A DNA stretch of 63,831 nucleotides, the filler included, from Choristocarpus tenellus KU-1152 (lineage: Eukaryota > Protista > Phaeophyceae): assembly GCA_964200185.2 (NCBI GenBank). It is 10 parts of 10 records of this genome, joined end to end, with 100 filler letters (N's around TTAATTAATTAA, not from the genome) between each part and the next. Parts side by side here need not be neighbours in the genome. Positions count along the whole stretch, not along the records: positions 48,626 to 57,701 come from CAXNAD020004018.1; positions 57,802 to 60,549 come from CAXNAD020025082.1; positions 60,650 to 63,831 come from CAXNAD020021725.1; 7 more parts are not named here. The stretch is one strand, 5' to 3'. The notes beneath the pieces are model-generated. The model was not told where the DNA came from. It made no database searches and saw nothing but the letters and a program-made list of their open reading frames with translations. The position numbers and the translations under genes were made by a program. Below, in pieces: positions 49,390 to 61,227 of this stretch; within the stretch, counting starts at the first letter, position 1, and each line of letters starts with the position of its first letter.

Positions 49390-49631
49390 TAACAGGTATT
49401 GGCTGCAATGATCATGGTTTTGGGGATATGACTCTTGTGCTGCACAGTAGAGGACCCTGGAAGATCGCTATCATCCTTACGCGAAAATATCCTAACCCTT
49501 TCCCCATCAGCCATCACGTAAAACCAGGTTTAATCCACATGGATCGTGTTCACCATGGAGGCATACACACCATGTTTCTGGTCCCCTTGATCACAAACGA
49601 AGTCCATTCTCCATACCTTGCCACGATTTAA
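49390..49631 (-). pseudogene. Mariner (plant-type DD39D) transposase fragment
   Basis: MVNTIHVD*TWFYV..VQHKSHIPKTMIIAAN matches the HIDEKWFY..KVMFLAAVARP blocks; stop in place of the E after the catalytic D. Confidence 0.8.
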
Positions 49632-49890
49632 GAGTCAAAGTATCTTAGAGGGTAGAGCCGCGTCCATTTGGGGACCAAAACCCTATGTTGGAATTTTGAT
49701 GTAATTTTGGCTGTCATATTTGTTAGGAGATGCCAATATCCTTGTTCTGGACACATCTTTTCATAACGTATGCATTTTACCTACTCCGAAACATTTTGGA
49801 GTAGGTAAAATGTCCTTAAAAACCCGTGGGAAGCCAAGCCCCAAATGGACAAACAGGGAAAAACTCGTACCCTCTAAGATACTTTCACTC
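49632..49890 (+). mobile_element. MITE family A copy, near consensus, no TSD
   Basis: Intact TIRs; flanks TTAA / TCCA. Confidence 0.93.
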
Positions 49891-50287
49891 TCCAACATAC
49901 AAGGGCACTTCGACATCAGATGAGATTTCCAGTCACACCTGTCACATGTACCGTCAACACATGAATTTTTCAAACTGCCCAAGGAACCGCCAGAGGAAGG
50001 TTCGCTGACAGGCTTCAGCACGGTCCTCTTGCATCTGTTTTGTTTTGATTAGTCCTAGAGCGGTTTTTGTTGTCAGTGCAGAGGTTTGAATAGCGGATCG
50101 AACGTCACTAGTGGAGTCCGGCTGTCGCTGCCACATATTTAGAGGACATAGTGAAACGGTTTGAGGGCGAGTACACTGGTGCGTATCTACAGTGGTTTCA
50201 CTATTTTGGGTAACATTCCAGCTCATCGTGATAACACATTCGCCACGTCGTGGGTGTGGTTTGGCATAGAAACTTACAAGAGGAAGG

Positions 50288-50393
50288 CTATGTTTGTGAG
50301 GAATTATCAATATCCTTGTTCCGGACACATCTTTTCATACCGTACACATTTTACCTACTCCGAAACATTTTGGAGTGGAAAAAATGTAATAAA
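50288..50393 (+). mobile_element. MITE family A internal fragment
   Basis: Contains the central hairpin. Confidence 0.75.
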
Positions 50394-50494
50394 TTTGAGT
50401 GTATTGCGAGGTTCTCTATTTGCACAGGGGTTTCATGATAGTAGTGTTTATTTCCCGGTGTTTGTTTTGTTATTCCTTGCCATGACCTGTCTCT

Positions 50495-50496
<2 letters not shown>

Positions 50497-50525
<29 letters not shown>
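50497..50525. repeat. (CT)n microsatellite
   Basis: Direct reading. Confidence 0.9.
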
Positions 50526-50529
<4 letters not shown>

Positions 50530-52594
50530 ATGTTGCACTACGTTTCTGAAAAAACTACATTTTTTGTTTAGATCAATGAACTTGATAATAGTATAGGGAA
50601 TACGGCTTTGTGTGGGACTAGTTGCACATCTATGGGAAGGCGTGTGAGTACAGGGTTGGAATACACCTCAGGAGTGTTGCATATCAGATGTCTGTTTGAC
50701 ATGTTTGGTGGATACATGATGGACTCCAGAGCTCAAGTCTTTTCTTTCAGTGTAATTGTAATTGGGAAGTGTTGGCGATAAGAGTATAATAAAATTTGAA
50801 CCAATGAATTTGTTTGTATTGAGATTGGGTGAGTATAAATGGATGAGACAGATCAGTCCATGCGATATTTTCAAGTTGTGACTGAGAATCTTACACCTAT
50901 GCTGGACTGGGAGATTTGGGTGGCTAGCTTCAGTGCTTTTCTCTCCATGTTTTGTGCATGTTGACCAAAAGTCATGACGCGCTTGAAGTTTCTAGAGAGG
51001 AGAACCCTTAAGGGGTTGATGGCAGGGACGGGGGGATTCCACCACAGACCATGACCCTAGTCATCATTGAAATATACTTTGGGGCAGTGGCCTTGACGGT
51101 GATGGTTGGCATAGCTGCAGTACTTGTAAAGAAAAAAATATTCTGATTAACTGGGGAGTCTAGATGAAGGTGAGGGGTTAGAGGAGAAGATCGAGGCAAA
51201 GAAGGGTCGTTCTTATCAGGAAGAGGAATCTTGGATTTGCGCAAATGAATGTATCATGAGATTGACTTCTTCATGTTTTGTACTTCCGAGAGATTTTGGG
51301 ACATGATACTGCTCTATTGTGACGAGGGCGATGTAAAAAGTTTATTATTAATAAAATTTAACTGGCTCTTTTCAGGAGCAAGGGATTGAGGAAAGGTGAT
51401 TACGTTGTCACTACCAATCAATGTACTTACTGTGCGATACTATACTGTATTTGGGAAGACCCACACTGGTAAGTAGTGTAGCTTTTTATATTTGACAATT
51501 GCATTTTATGAAAATATCTGTATTTTGTGGTAGTGAAGAATTTTATTAGATTTTTGAACTCATTGTAAGGCTGATTCTAATCACATCAATCACGAAAAAA
51601 AGTGATACCGAATATTTCTCGACTGATTGTCGTGTTATTCTATGTGTCATCTAAGTGTGTCATCTGTAAAAGCCTCTGAATATTCCTGTTTTGTGTTGTG
51701 TATTTAATGACACAAGCGTACCCATATACAATGTTAACCCCATCAATTTTTTTGTCTCCGGCAGGGGCCCTCACCAGGCAAGAGGACTATCTTCTGTTGT
51801 GGCTGTGGTGCTTGTCATCCGCTTGCCACGACAAAGGCCATCAATTGCTATTAACAGTCTATCGTAACAGCAATATATAATAATAAGATATATTATATTA
51901 TTGATCGTTTTACAATACATGGAGGTGAAAAAAGTATGTGCAATCTTCTGAGTATATATATATATATTGACTACCATAGAGAAGAGTTTGAACTTAAAGT
52001 AAAATATATATTGACAATAGTGAGGTAAGTTCCAAATCCAGAGGTAACAAATTATTAGAGGTAGCTGTCGTCTTAGCCTTGATTATTGGCTGCTGAAGGA
52101 ATAAGTTACCCTGTGTTTGTTCTAGATCGTGTGACTTCTTCATATGTTGTATCTGATACAAGTACGAAGTGGACCTAGCATGCAGTCGCCTTAAAGTCCC
52201 TTCTGAAGATTGACTACCGTAGAGAATATTACTTCTTGTTTGGAAGTTAATATATTCTGTACTGTACTCTGAATGATGGAGTCTTTTCTGTCACGAATCT
52301 CAGAGATTCTCTGCTATCTGTTAGTACATCTTATATTTACGCTTCGTTGTCACTGTACACACGAAATCGTCCGTGACTTCCACCATTGTTAATGAGATTG
52401 TGTACTGGATAATACTAGATACTTACACATAAACAATACATTTATGAATTAAATCTTCACTGAATAGAAGGAGAGTACTCTCTCGTCTCTAAGAAGCAAG
52501 AAGAGAAAATGAATGCTAAAATGTAAAACAAATACTCGGATTTGATACCCTGAAAACAGCGAGGTCCTTTGAGAAACCGAGGGTCCTAACATCA

Positions 52595-52735
52595 GAGTCA
52601 AAGTAACTTAGAGGGTAGAGCCGCGTCCGTTTGGGGACCAAAATCCAATGTTGCGATTTTGACGTAATTTTGGCCGTTGTGTTTGTTAGGAAGTGTCAAC
52701 ATACTTGTTCTAGACACACCTTTTAATAACGTATA
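52595..52735 (+). mobile_element. MITE family A left half
   Basis: Left TIR; truncated just before the central hairpin. Confidence 0.85.
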
Positions 52736-53734
52736 TCCTCGTATGCTGAGGACTGCTGAGGGCATGGAAGGTGTGCCACAAAGTTAGCCTTTTTAATCTG
52801 TGGCACTTACTTCTTTGCGACAGTACACGGTATCAACTCTTCTATATTGTCATCATGGAACTGCGAATTGGATGGAGGGCAAGTGTGAAGTAGGTGTAGG
52901 GTGAGGGGTATCATGTGAGAGGTAATTGATGGTAGTGGGGAATGTGTACATCTTGGCAAGCCACGTTTGTGCCAATACTCACTGCAACGTCTAAGTTGTA
53001 GCTGCCAGTCAAGGTTCTCAAGACTGAGTCAAGATTCGTACGGTCCTCATTCAAAGAGTCGGCAATGGAGGGGGGCATGTTATGATCCGGAGCTTAGCTC
53101 TAACCTCTTTAGCAGACCGACCCCTACTGTGCTTTCCAGAGGATCCTGCACAGCAGGGATAGACAACGAAGTCACAGAGAGGAACAGTTAAGGGTACGCT
53201 CTTTGGCAGTAGTTCACAACAATGGTGTGTGAAAAATAGTAGACTATGAGGGTGACCTTTCGCTTCGCCATAATCTATCCTGTCACAAAGTCCTTCTGAA
53301 CCTCAATTGTTCCCGGATCACATACATCTTGTGAATGACTTCGAATAGTGAAACACCAGCATGAGCCGGATTTTGAGGTTCTCAGTTGTCACAGAATATC
53401 CGTTGGTTCATTTGGACATCCTTCGATCGAGACGCACGCCCGATTTGATAGCCGTAAAACAGACGGGTCAGCTTCTATACGCCACTTTGCAACTAATACT
53501 CCCTTCCATGCAACACGTACACCTCTTGAACTCCAGGATCCTCATCACATCCATTTTGTATTTTATATATGTGTTACTAGGTTTACGATGTACTCCGGAG
53601 TACTTAACTTTTGAACTTTTGTGGAAAGTAGGGTTGTTCGATGTATCATTATTGTCACATCCCATACACTATTCATTATACCAATCGAGGTTCATTTTGT
53701 GGAATCGTGGGTTCTAGTGGAGGGTTTTCTTATG

Positions 53735-54020
53735 GTTGAGGATGTGTACCTGCTGCTGTAGCTGAGCCACGAAAGCGTACCCAGTACGAGGGCTCTTTTG
53801 ACCCTCATAGTTAAAACCTCAACAACTTCGAGGTGGAAAGTCTTGGGTGCCTCGGTAATCAAGCGGAACGTTTTCTAGATGAATTCGCTACACACGGGGT
53901 AGGGGGGAGAGGGACAGGAGGCCAAACCAGGAAAAGGGACTATCAAATCCCATATACGACAACTAGTTTGTGTCACAACGCAAGAAGCCCTATCCAGACG
54001 GATTATGTGTTTTAAGCTGG
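53735..54020 (+). pseudogene. Non-LTR retrotransposon relic: C-terminal half of restriction-like endonuclease
   Basis: AAVAEPRKRTQYEGSFD..FEVESLGCLG..FLDEFA.. then, after a frameshift, QLVCVTTQEALSRR; fits E..K..Y..VES.G.LG. Confidence 0.7.
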
Positions 54021-54778
54021 AGGCACTAGGGAGATCGGCAAGGAGTTTATTAGATTCGTTGGATGCTTCCCTGGCTCCTCACCCTGGGGTGCAGGACTAA
54101 GCCAGGTTAGAGGGACATGAAGGGAGTGGTGAAGAATAGCCGTTAATAACTAGGAAATAGATTTTTTAATATTTATAAGAACTGTTACTTTTTAGGGGTT
54201 ATTCTGACGTGGGAATAGTTTTCATTACTATTTGACAGGTGTGGAAAATGTCCGACTGCATAATAATAAAACATTGAGTGGGGGAATTTTTGGAGGAAAC
54301 CAATCATTTAAGTGCATGTCTCTTCAATCGAAGATATCACACATCAAAGATTCTCTTTGTTGTTTTGTATTGACTTTCTAATCCTTCTCGTCGCATGAGA
54401 TTCTCATCGATCTATAATTTTTTTATTTCCCTACTACAGTCTTTGGACTTCTCCACCCTTAATACGCTCCTCTCTGTTACGATCCGTCTTCGTCCCTCTA
54501 GTCCGTCTTGCCAGGTGATTGATTCTCTTGACCATAGTTGAATAAATAAACCATGTATCTACAACACCATACGATTCACACTTCCACAATTTTGACTCTT
54601 CAAATGGTGTTGAAAAGTTGACCTATTATGTTCTTGTCCGTCGCTAATTTCGAAGTGCGAGTTTCTGTAATATCGTAGTTGTGAAATCCTTGAAACATTA
54701 TTCTGTTCCACCCAATCTGGTTCCTGTCCACCTTCATCATTCCTAATCTCGTGTTCTGAGAAGTCGATGATAATCGTA

Positions 54779-54838
54779 TATAGTTTTCATTAGTTTCCCC
54801 CTGACACATCTGCAAAATGTCAGAGGGCATAATAATAA
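54779..54838 (+). repeat. LINE/SINE-like 3' tail motif (family D)
   Basis: Near-identical to 27994-28052. Confidence 0.65.
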
Positions 54839-54987
54839 CAAATAATCCGAGAATGCGATATGACGTAACGTATGTGTAAGGTGTGTGTGTAAAGTACCGA
54901 AACTATTTCAAGCATGAAGAAATTATAGAAGGATTTATCTCTCTACATGGAAATATCCATCCTACGGTTTACAGCCAAAACGTAGTG

Positions 54988-56154
54988 ATGATGGTAATGA
55001 ACGTCTTGGATGATGAAGGAATGAATGCCACGTCTCAGATCAGCGAGATCGTTATTACCAAGAGGAGACAACCACGAAACAGCGTACCACAGCAACTTCA
55101 GAAGGACATGAACGCCGATGGTCGAGAGGATCGAGGGAATGGTCATCATAGACCGAGGCCTGCCGCGATGCATGTAGAAGTCAAAGTCGCTCAGAGATTC
55201 GTGCCCCCCCGAGAGTACCGCCTCAAGCCATTTAACTCCGTCATTTCGTCTCAAGTTCTACATTGGACGTCGTTGAGTGGGACGGTCATGTCAGTGGATA
55301 TACTTACACCAGGACGCCAAGAGTCGACTCGAAACAAGGAAAGAGATACTCTTCCACAGCCTCGTCGTCGCTCAGCCTGCACCTTATGCACCAGGTGCGA
55401 AGCAGCATCTGCTGTATAATATGTCCGTGTCGATTCCTGATTTCATCTTTCTCTCCACTCCATAAATCTCGTCACATTCTCCTTCTATAACACATTCCCC
55501 CTCTAGCCCATTTATGAATGGCAGATCATTTTGATGCCAACGAATTTGAAGCGAAATTTTGTATGTAAATATGTGCCATTTTACTTGGCCCTGGTCCATG
55601 GTATCTTAGAGGGGAGGGAGTGTTTAGCCCAGGTTTTCCATTCGGGGCTTGGTGGGGTGTTGCAAGATACACCAGTTTGATGACCGTTTTTCGGGCGATT
55701 TTCCTTCGGATTTAGTTCTGGTCAGGGGAACAGAAAGGTAGGTGCGTTCAGATGAAGGAAATTACCGTTCAGTATACTATAGGCAACTTTACACTGCCCT
55801 CTACAGATTCAATAGTCTCTCTCTCTCTCTCTCTTCCCCTCTCCCCGTTCGTCATGTCCTCAACTGTATTGTGTGTAGTTAAGGTTTTCCATGATACAGA
55901 TTGTTTGAGCTGCAAAATAGGGGCCCTCCGTCACCTGCCTTCGCACCTTGTCTGTGACAGGTTGAAGAAAGGATGTGATGGAAACTACCCTTGCCGAAGG
56001 TGCTTCAACGCCAGAGTGCCCTGTGTATACCAAGTACGCAAAAAAACAGGACCAAAACCGGGAAGGAAGACAAGGCAGACTACGGTTAGCTCTCCCCCTT
56101 GCGCACATAGGGACTGGGCACCACTACCCGTAACAAATATCTCTACTGCTAAAG
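54988..56154 (+). CDS. Zn(II)2Cys6 binuclear-cluster transcription factor, 5' part (start codon and 3' exons uncertain)
   Basis: Splicing 55394 to 55961 (phase 2, GT-AG) gives RRSACTLCTRLKKGCDGNYPCRRCFNARVPCVYQVRKKTGPK = C-x2-C-x6-C-x5-C-x2-C-x6-C. Confidence 0.88.
55593..55758. mobile_element. MITE family C partial copy in the Zn-cluster intron
   Basis: Similar to 2232-2395. Confidence 0.65.
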
Positions 56155-57121
56155 GTCAGAAAGACTTCTTGCATCCAAAGGTTTAGCATCTTCAGGGGCA
56201 TGGAGGACGAGGGTGTGTCCTAACCCTCTGCCGATCACAAAGTTGCTAAGAAAGTGATCCGTTTCCCATTCGATTGAGTGTGCAGATGTAGGAGTGTGCA
56301 GGTGTGCATTGCCCTACTTCCCCACACCTTTTGATAGGAGAAAGTGTTGTTTGCTTCTAATCACAAGATTTGGTAGGAAGCTGAACGAGTCTACTCGATT
56401 GATTGTGCAGGTGTACAATGCCCTACGTTCCCGCACGTTTTGATAAGAGACAGTCCTGCTTGCTTCAATAATGGTGTGTGATACACCACTTTCCCACATT
56501 CTTTCCGAGGAGAGTGATGCAGTTCACATAACTCCTTAGGAAACTACCACAGTTTTCGAGAATCAATAATCCCAGATTTTTTACCTCATTTACGAACGAT
56601 TTCCGGGACACTTCAGAACCATATGGGACAGTTGTCGAACCACTCGAATACGTTTCTAACCGTTCTGAAACGATTTTGGGGATGCTTAAAACACTTCTTT
56701 GGACATGTTCTTGGCTATGTTTCTTGGACATTTCCCATATTTATTGGGGTATATTCTTTATACTTTTACACGTGTTTTTGGAGATATGTTTGGGAAATTT
56801 TCTGGTGTTTTGGAGTATGTCCTGTGTATATAGAAGGACAATTTAGGGGGGGTGCAATTTTGAATATTGTAGAACACCCTTTTCTGGATGTATTGCGGAG
56901 ACATTTCACAATATTTTATGGCTCTTTTCTGGACATCGTACAACACCTTTTTGTACATATCTTGGTAGTTCTTCACACCTGTATTAGTGTTCCAGGACGC
57001 TCCAAAGCTTACCTCCACGGAATGTATAGCTCCAGTCCACAATCCTATAGATGACGCTGATGCACGTACAGGACTCCTGAGGTACACCGATAGCCTGATG
57101 TCCAGTGAGGATGGTAGGTAT

Positions 57122-57379
57122 GAGTCGAAGTGTTTTAGAGGGTAGAACCGTGTCCGTTTGGGGACCAAAATCCAAAGCTGCGATTTTGATGTAGGCTTGG
57201 CTATTGTGTTTGTTAGGAAGTGTCAGTATCCTTGTTCCGAACACACCTTTTCATGAGGCATACATTTTTCCTACTCCAAAACATTTCAGAGTAGGAAAAT
57301 GCCATGAATAAAAAGTCGGAAATCAAGCCCCAAATGTACCAACTGGGCAAAACTAGTACCCTCTAACATACTTTTACAC
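57122..57379 (+). mobile_element. MITE family A copy
   Basis: TIRs; TSD GTAT. Confidence 0.9.
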
Positions 57380-57817
57380 GTATCAGATCAGCAGATGAAG
57401 GTATAGTTCTTTCGAGGTGAATGTACGCCAGACAAAAATCAAGAATTGAGGCCTGTAGGCAAACTCAGACTATGGAATTCGGCTTATCAAGTTTCCAGAT
57501 GCGTAATACATCTGAAAACCTTTCCTTTATTCTACGTTGCAGATTTTACATTGTATGTATAGCGAATCAGAATTCCCATTATGGGAGGTCCGCGCGTACG
57601 CGTTCTGCTCACAATGGTTAGAACGCGAGGAGAAATGCTTACGCTACTCGCCTGTAACATTTCCCTCAGTGTGAACCAGGCGTACATGTTACAGGCGAAT
57701 ANNNNNNNNNNNNNNNNNNNNNNNNNNNNNNNNNNNNNNNNNNNNTTAATTAATTAANNNNNNNNNNNNNNNNNNNNNNNNNNNNNNNNNNNNNNNNNNN
57801 NTGATGTTTACACGTAA

Positions 57818-57999
57818 GGGTCAAAGTATCTGGGGGGGGGGGTGTCGGCATCCGTTTTTTACCCTTTTTTCGATTTTCACTTTTTTGGTGTGGTTTGGTC
57901 GCACTTGCCGGATTTGAAATGTCAGCAAAAAAAAAAGTTGTTTGGCCGAAACGGATGCCCCCTCACAAACCACCCTCCCCCCCCCAGATACTTTGAGTC
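57818..57999. mobile_element. MITE family B-related copy (diverged interior)
   Basis: GGGTCAAAGTATCTGGG..CCCAGATACTTTGAGTC; flanks GTAA/ATAA; 182 bp. Confidence 0.8.
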
Positions 58000-59277
58000 A
58001 TAAAGGTGAAACACTTTGCTTTTAAGATGTTTCAGTGAGATCAAATGAGTGGCAGCAAGCAATACAAGTACTTCTGACTTGGAATCACACATTCCAAATG
58101 AAAGACATGAAGATATGTTACTGGACTAAGCCCGCACTGTGAATCCTACTTTCATTAAATCAAGAAAAGTTGAATCTTGAACTGTTGCCCTGCCAAGATG
58201 TAGAGTATATACCACTCAACAATTTTCTCGACTGGACTAGCAAAATACTAGGTATTGTGTAGCTCTCCAATAAGCACGACCTAGAGTCTAAACAGGACAA
58301 AACACATTGCGAACCCATATGCACTGATTTCTATGAGAAAACAACAACCAACAGCAACGCTAGGTAGAGCAACACACACACCGGGGTAATCTATAGGGAG
58401 GATGATCAAGTAGCTCATGCACTGGGGTTGATGTGTTATCACACCACCAGCCATTTTGACATACTCCAGAACAAATCTCGGGCTATTTGTAATCCACCTG
58501 CTTTCAACTCTATCTTCTCAGAGTTCTGGACCTCTGTCCTTCTAGATCCCACACCAGTAGCCTAATCCCCAGCAACAGGGTAAACACTAGTCAGTTCATC
58601 ATTAGATGAGGGGGTGATTTCTTCCTGTTGATGCAAGACCTCCCTTCAAATAAGTCTCCATGTGCTCGCTTGACTGACATGGACTTGGGAGCAATTGGCA
58701 GGCACATACCAAGTGCGTGGAGGATAATTAAACAAGTATGAATTGCACCTTAAAGAAATTAGCACAACAATCAAAATCTTCAGATCACATAGCAGGAGTA
58801 TCACAATAGCTTCCATTCCACAATCTCACTCCTGCCTACTGCAGGGTCTACTCACAACACACACAAACACACGCACCAACATGCAAAGTTGACAAGTCAT
58901 CACAACTCAACACAACGCATAATACCAACCAATTCATGCCACAACAGCACCCACGCATGCATTTGCAACAATAAAAAAAACAAATAAATACATAAACACG
59001 AACGAAAAACTCTTCTTCTTCACCATGCAGTCCATTGAGAGCTCATCATCACTGGGCTGTTTCCTCATCACATCACAACATAGGCAGCACACAAGAAAGG
59101 CAACTTGATTGTGTCGGTCAATACAATTCAAAACATTGACGCGGCAGGACTCCTAACAAAGGGCCTCACAAACTGATACCAGACCATCTTGGACAAGGAA
59201 GGTGGCATGGGTTGAAGCAGCAACATGGAGACGCAAAACCAGATGTGCTCAAGCACACTGTTCTTGGCATTCTATTC

Positions 59278-60549
59278 CTAGAGATTGGCAATGCCAGACT
59301 TTCCCGCTAAACATGGTGCCTTTTCTATAGCTTCAAACAGACTCTGGAGCTCTCTCCCCCTCGCAACCACTAGACTGAGCCCAGCCACGAGTTGTCGCAT
59401 GCACCCCCCCCCTTGGCCCTCCAACCACTCCCGTGCCCCACCTCCACCATCTTTACCCCTGCCGACAGGGACAGCACGCCTGTCTAGCAGTGAGGCAACC
59501 TTCCGAAGCTCAAAGTTGTCCATTCCATGAAAGATGGGGATGGCAGGTCGGTTAGGGGAGGTAGCGAGCGAAACATTTGTATCCTGCATCCACGTGAATG
59601 AGAGCACAGCTCCAAGCTCACTGAAGCTGGAGTGGGGGGTCATGACGTAATCGTCCAGGGAACCCATCACCTATTGGAAGCATCCACACAAAAGATCACA
59701 TAGGAAGGTTGTTACAGGTGGATGGGAGAGGTTGGGTGAAGGAAAACCTGGTGAATTGGACAAAGTGACATTCAAGATTTATAATATCTGGGATAATATA
59801 TAGTTCTAAGTATATGTATATACCTATATGTATGTATTTGGAATTCTCATATGTGTAGTATCTCCTTGCTTACTCTTCACACATGCATACAAACAAGACA
59901 TCTGGCATAGACAGCTTGGTAGTGCGTTTTTTTTTTCCCAGTTACTACCTCAACACTACAAGGAGTGTCGGCCCCCTCACCAGCAGATCCACCAAGGCAT
60001 CCTTGATGCCTTCAAACTGGCTGCCTGGTTGTCGGAACTTCACAAATGAGCAACCATCACCCCAGATCTGAGGGGGGGGGAGGGGAGAGCAGTGGGTAGC
60101 AGTCAACACTGAAAGTGAGATATCAGTTTCATAGGGTCAGTTGGGGAGTCAAATGTAGTCTTGTTACACTCAAGATCGACTCTTGATATTAACACACACA
60201 CACACACACACATCACTTCTGGAAATTGCATGCTCACGTAGACAGGTACAAATACGAATCAAGACATTAGAACCAACCCCCCCTCCATGATAACACAGTA
60301 CCTCAGGACCTCTCTCACCCCCTCCCCTACTTCTCTGCCCACGCCTATGGTCCCGCCTCCCACCTTTTGTGACAACTTTTGTGAATCTGCCTCATCGGTA
60401 GCAATAAAGAAATATACATTTGCCTTCTCATCCCCTCCCACCCCTCTTAGCATCAATCCCCCATCCCTTCCCTTGCTCCTCGTTCTGATTCCTTCAATTC
60501 CTTGAAAGGCACTTTCTCCAAAAAGGCGGAAGTTGGCCTCCACCTTTCC
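59278..60549 (-). CDS. 3' part of a fucosyltransferase-like glycosyltransferase (alpha-1,2/1,6/O-FucT superfamily)
   Basis: Exons ~60364-60549, 59981-60067 and 59278-59670 join to give YFFIATDE (motif II) and IKDALVDLLVMGSLDDYVMTPHSSFSELGAVL (motif III). Confidence 0.7.
60192..60212. repeat. (CA)n microsatellite
   Basis: Direct reading. Confidence 0.9.
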
Positions 60550-60649
60550 NNNNNNNNNNNNNNNNNNNNNNNNNNNNNNNNNNNNNNNNNNNNTTAATTA
60601 ATTAANNNNNNNNNNNNNNNNNNNNNNNNNNNNNNNNNNNNNNNNNNNN

Positions 60650-60858
60650 GTAGGGCCGTGTCCATTTGGGGGCCAAAATCCAATGTTGCAATTTTGATGT
60701 GTTTTGGCTACTGTCTGGACACACCTTTTCATAACGTATACTTTTTACCTACTCCGAAACATTTTGGAGTAGGAAAATGTAACAGAAAAACTCATAGGAA
60801 GCCAAGCCCCAAATGGACAAACAGGGCAAAACCTGTACCCTCCAAGATACTTTCACTC
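60650..60858 (+). mobile_element. MITE family A copy (cut by contig start, internal deletion)
   Basis: Right TIR intact. Confidence 0.88.
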
Positions 60859-61227
60859 AAGAAAGGATCCGTTCTTTGGCGTCTTGTGTTTTTCAATGTG
60901 TTGGGGGTGAGAGTGTGTGGGCTGCTGTCACATGAGGCAGGTAGACAATACAGCTCTATATACAACAGTGGGTTGGCTTAACAACTCGGAAAAGAAGAGT
61001 AAACATTTTCTGTCAATGCACATTCGACAAGTATATATAATGGTGTAGATGCTGCTCTTGTATTGTTTCATGTTCTGCTTTTTCTTTTCCCTGATGGCTT
61101 GTTTCGAAATTAACAGTTCTACCAGAACAGACGTTAAGGATGAACTTGTTTTTGTAGGTTTGCATCAACATTTAGCCAGCAACGATGACTGGGTGAGATC
61201 TCTCTCGCCGTACTGCGTTGTTCAAAC

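Noticed and set aside
51375-53145. Exon-like segments at 51375-51468/51765 (+) and 52983-53145 (-)
   Set aside because: Splice signals are plausible, but there is no recognisable protein or extendable exon chain.
59120-59175. AAGLLTKGL resembling the copia RNase H end
   Set aside because: Too short, with no upstream KHID motif.
14455-60649. Nine TTAATTAATTAA palindromes that could look like regulatory or recombination sites
   Set aside because: Each is centred in exactly 44+44 N; this is an artificial six-frame-stop linker.
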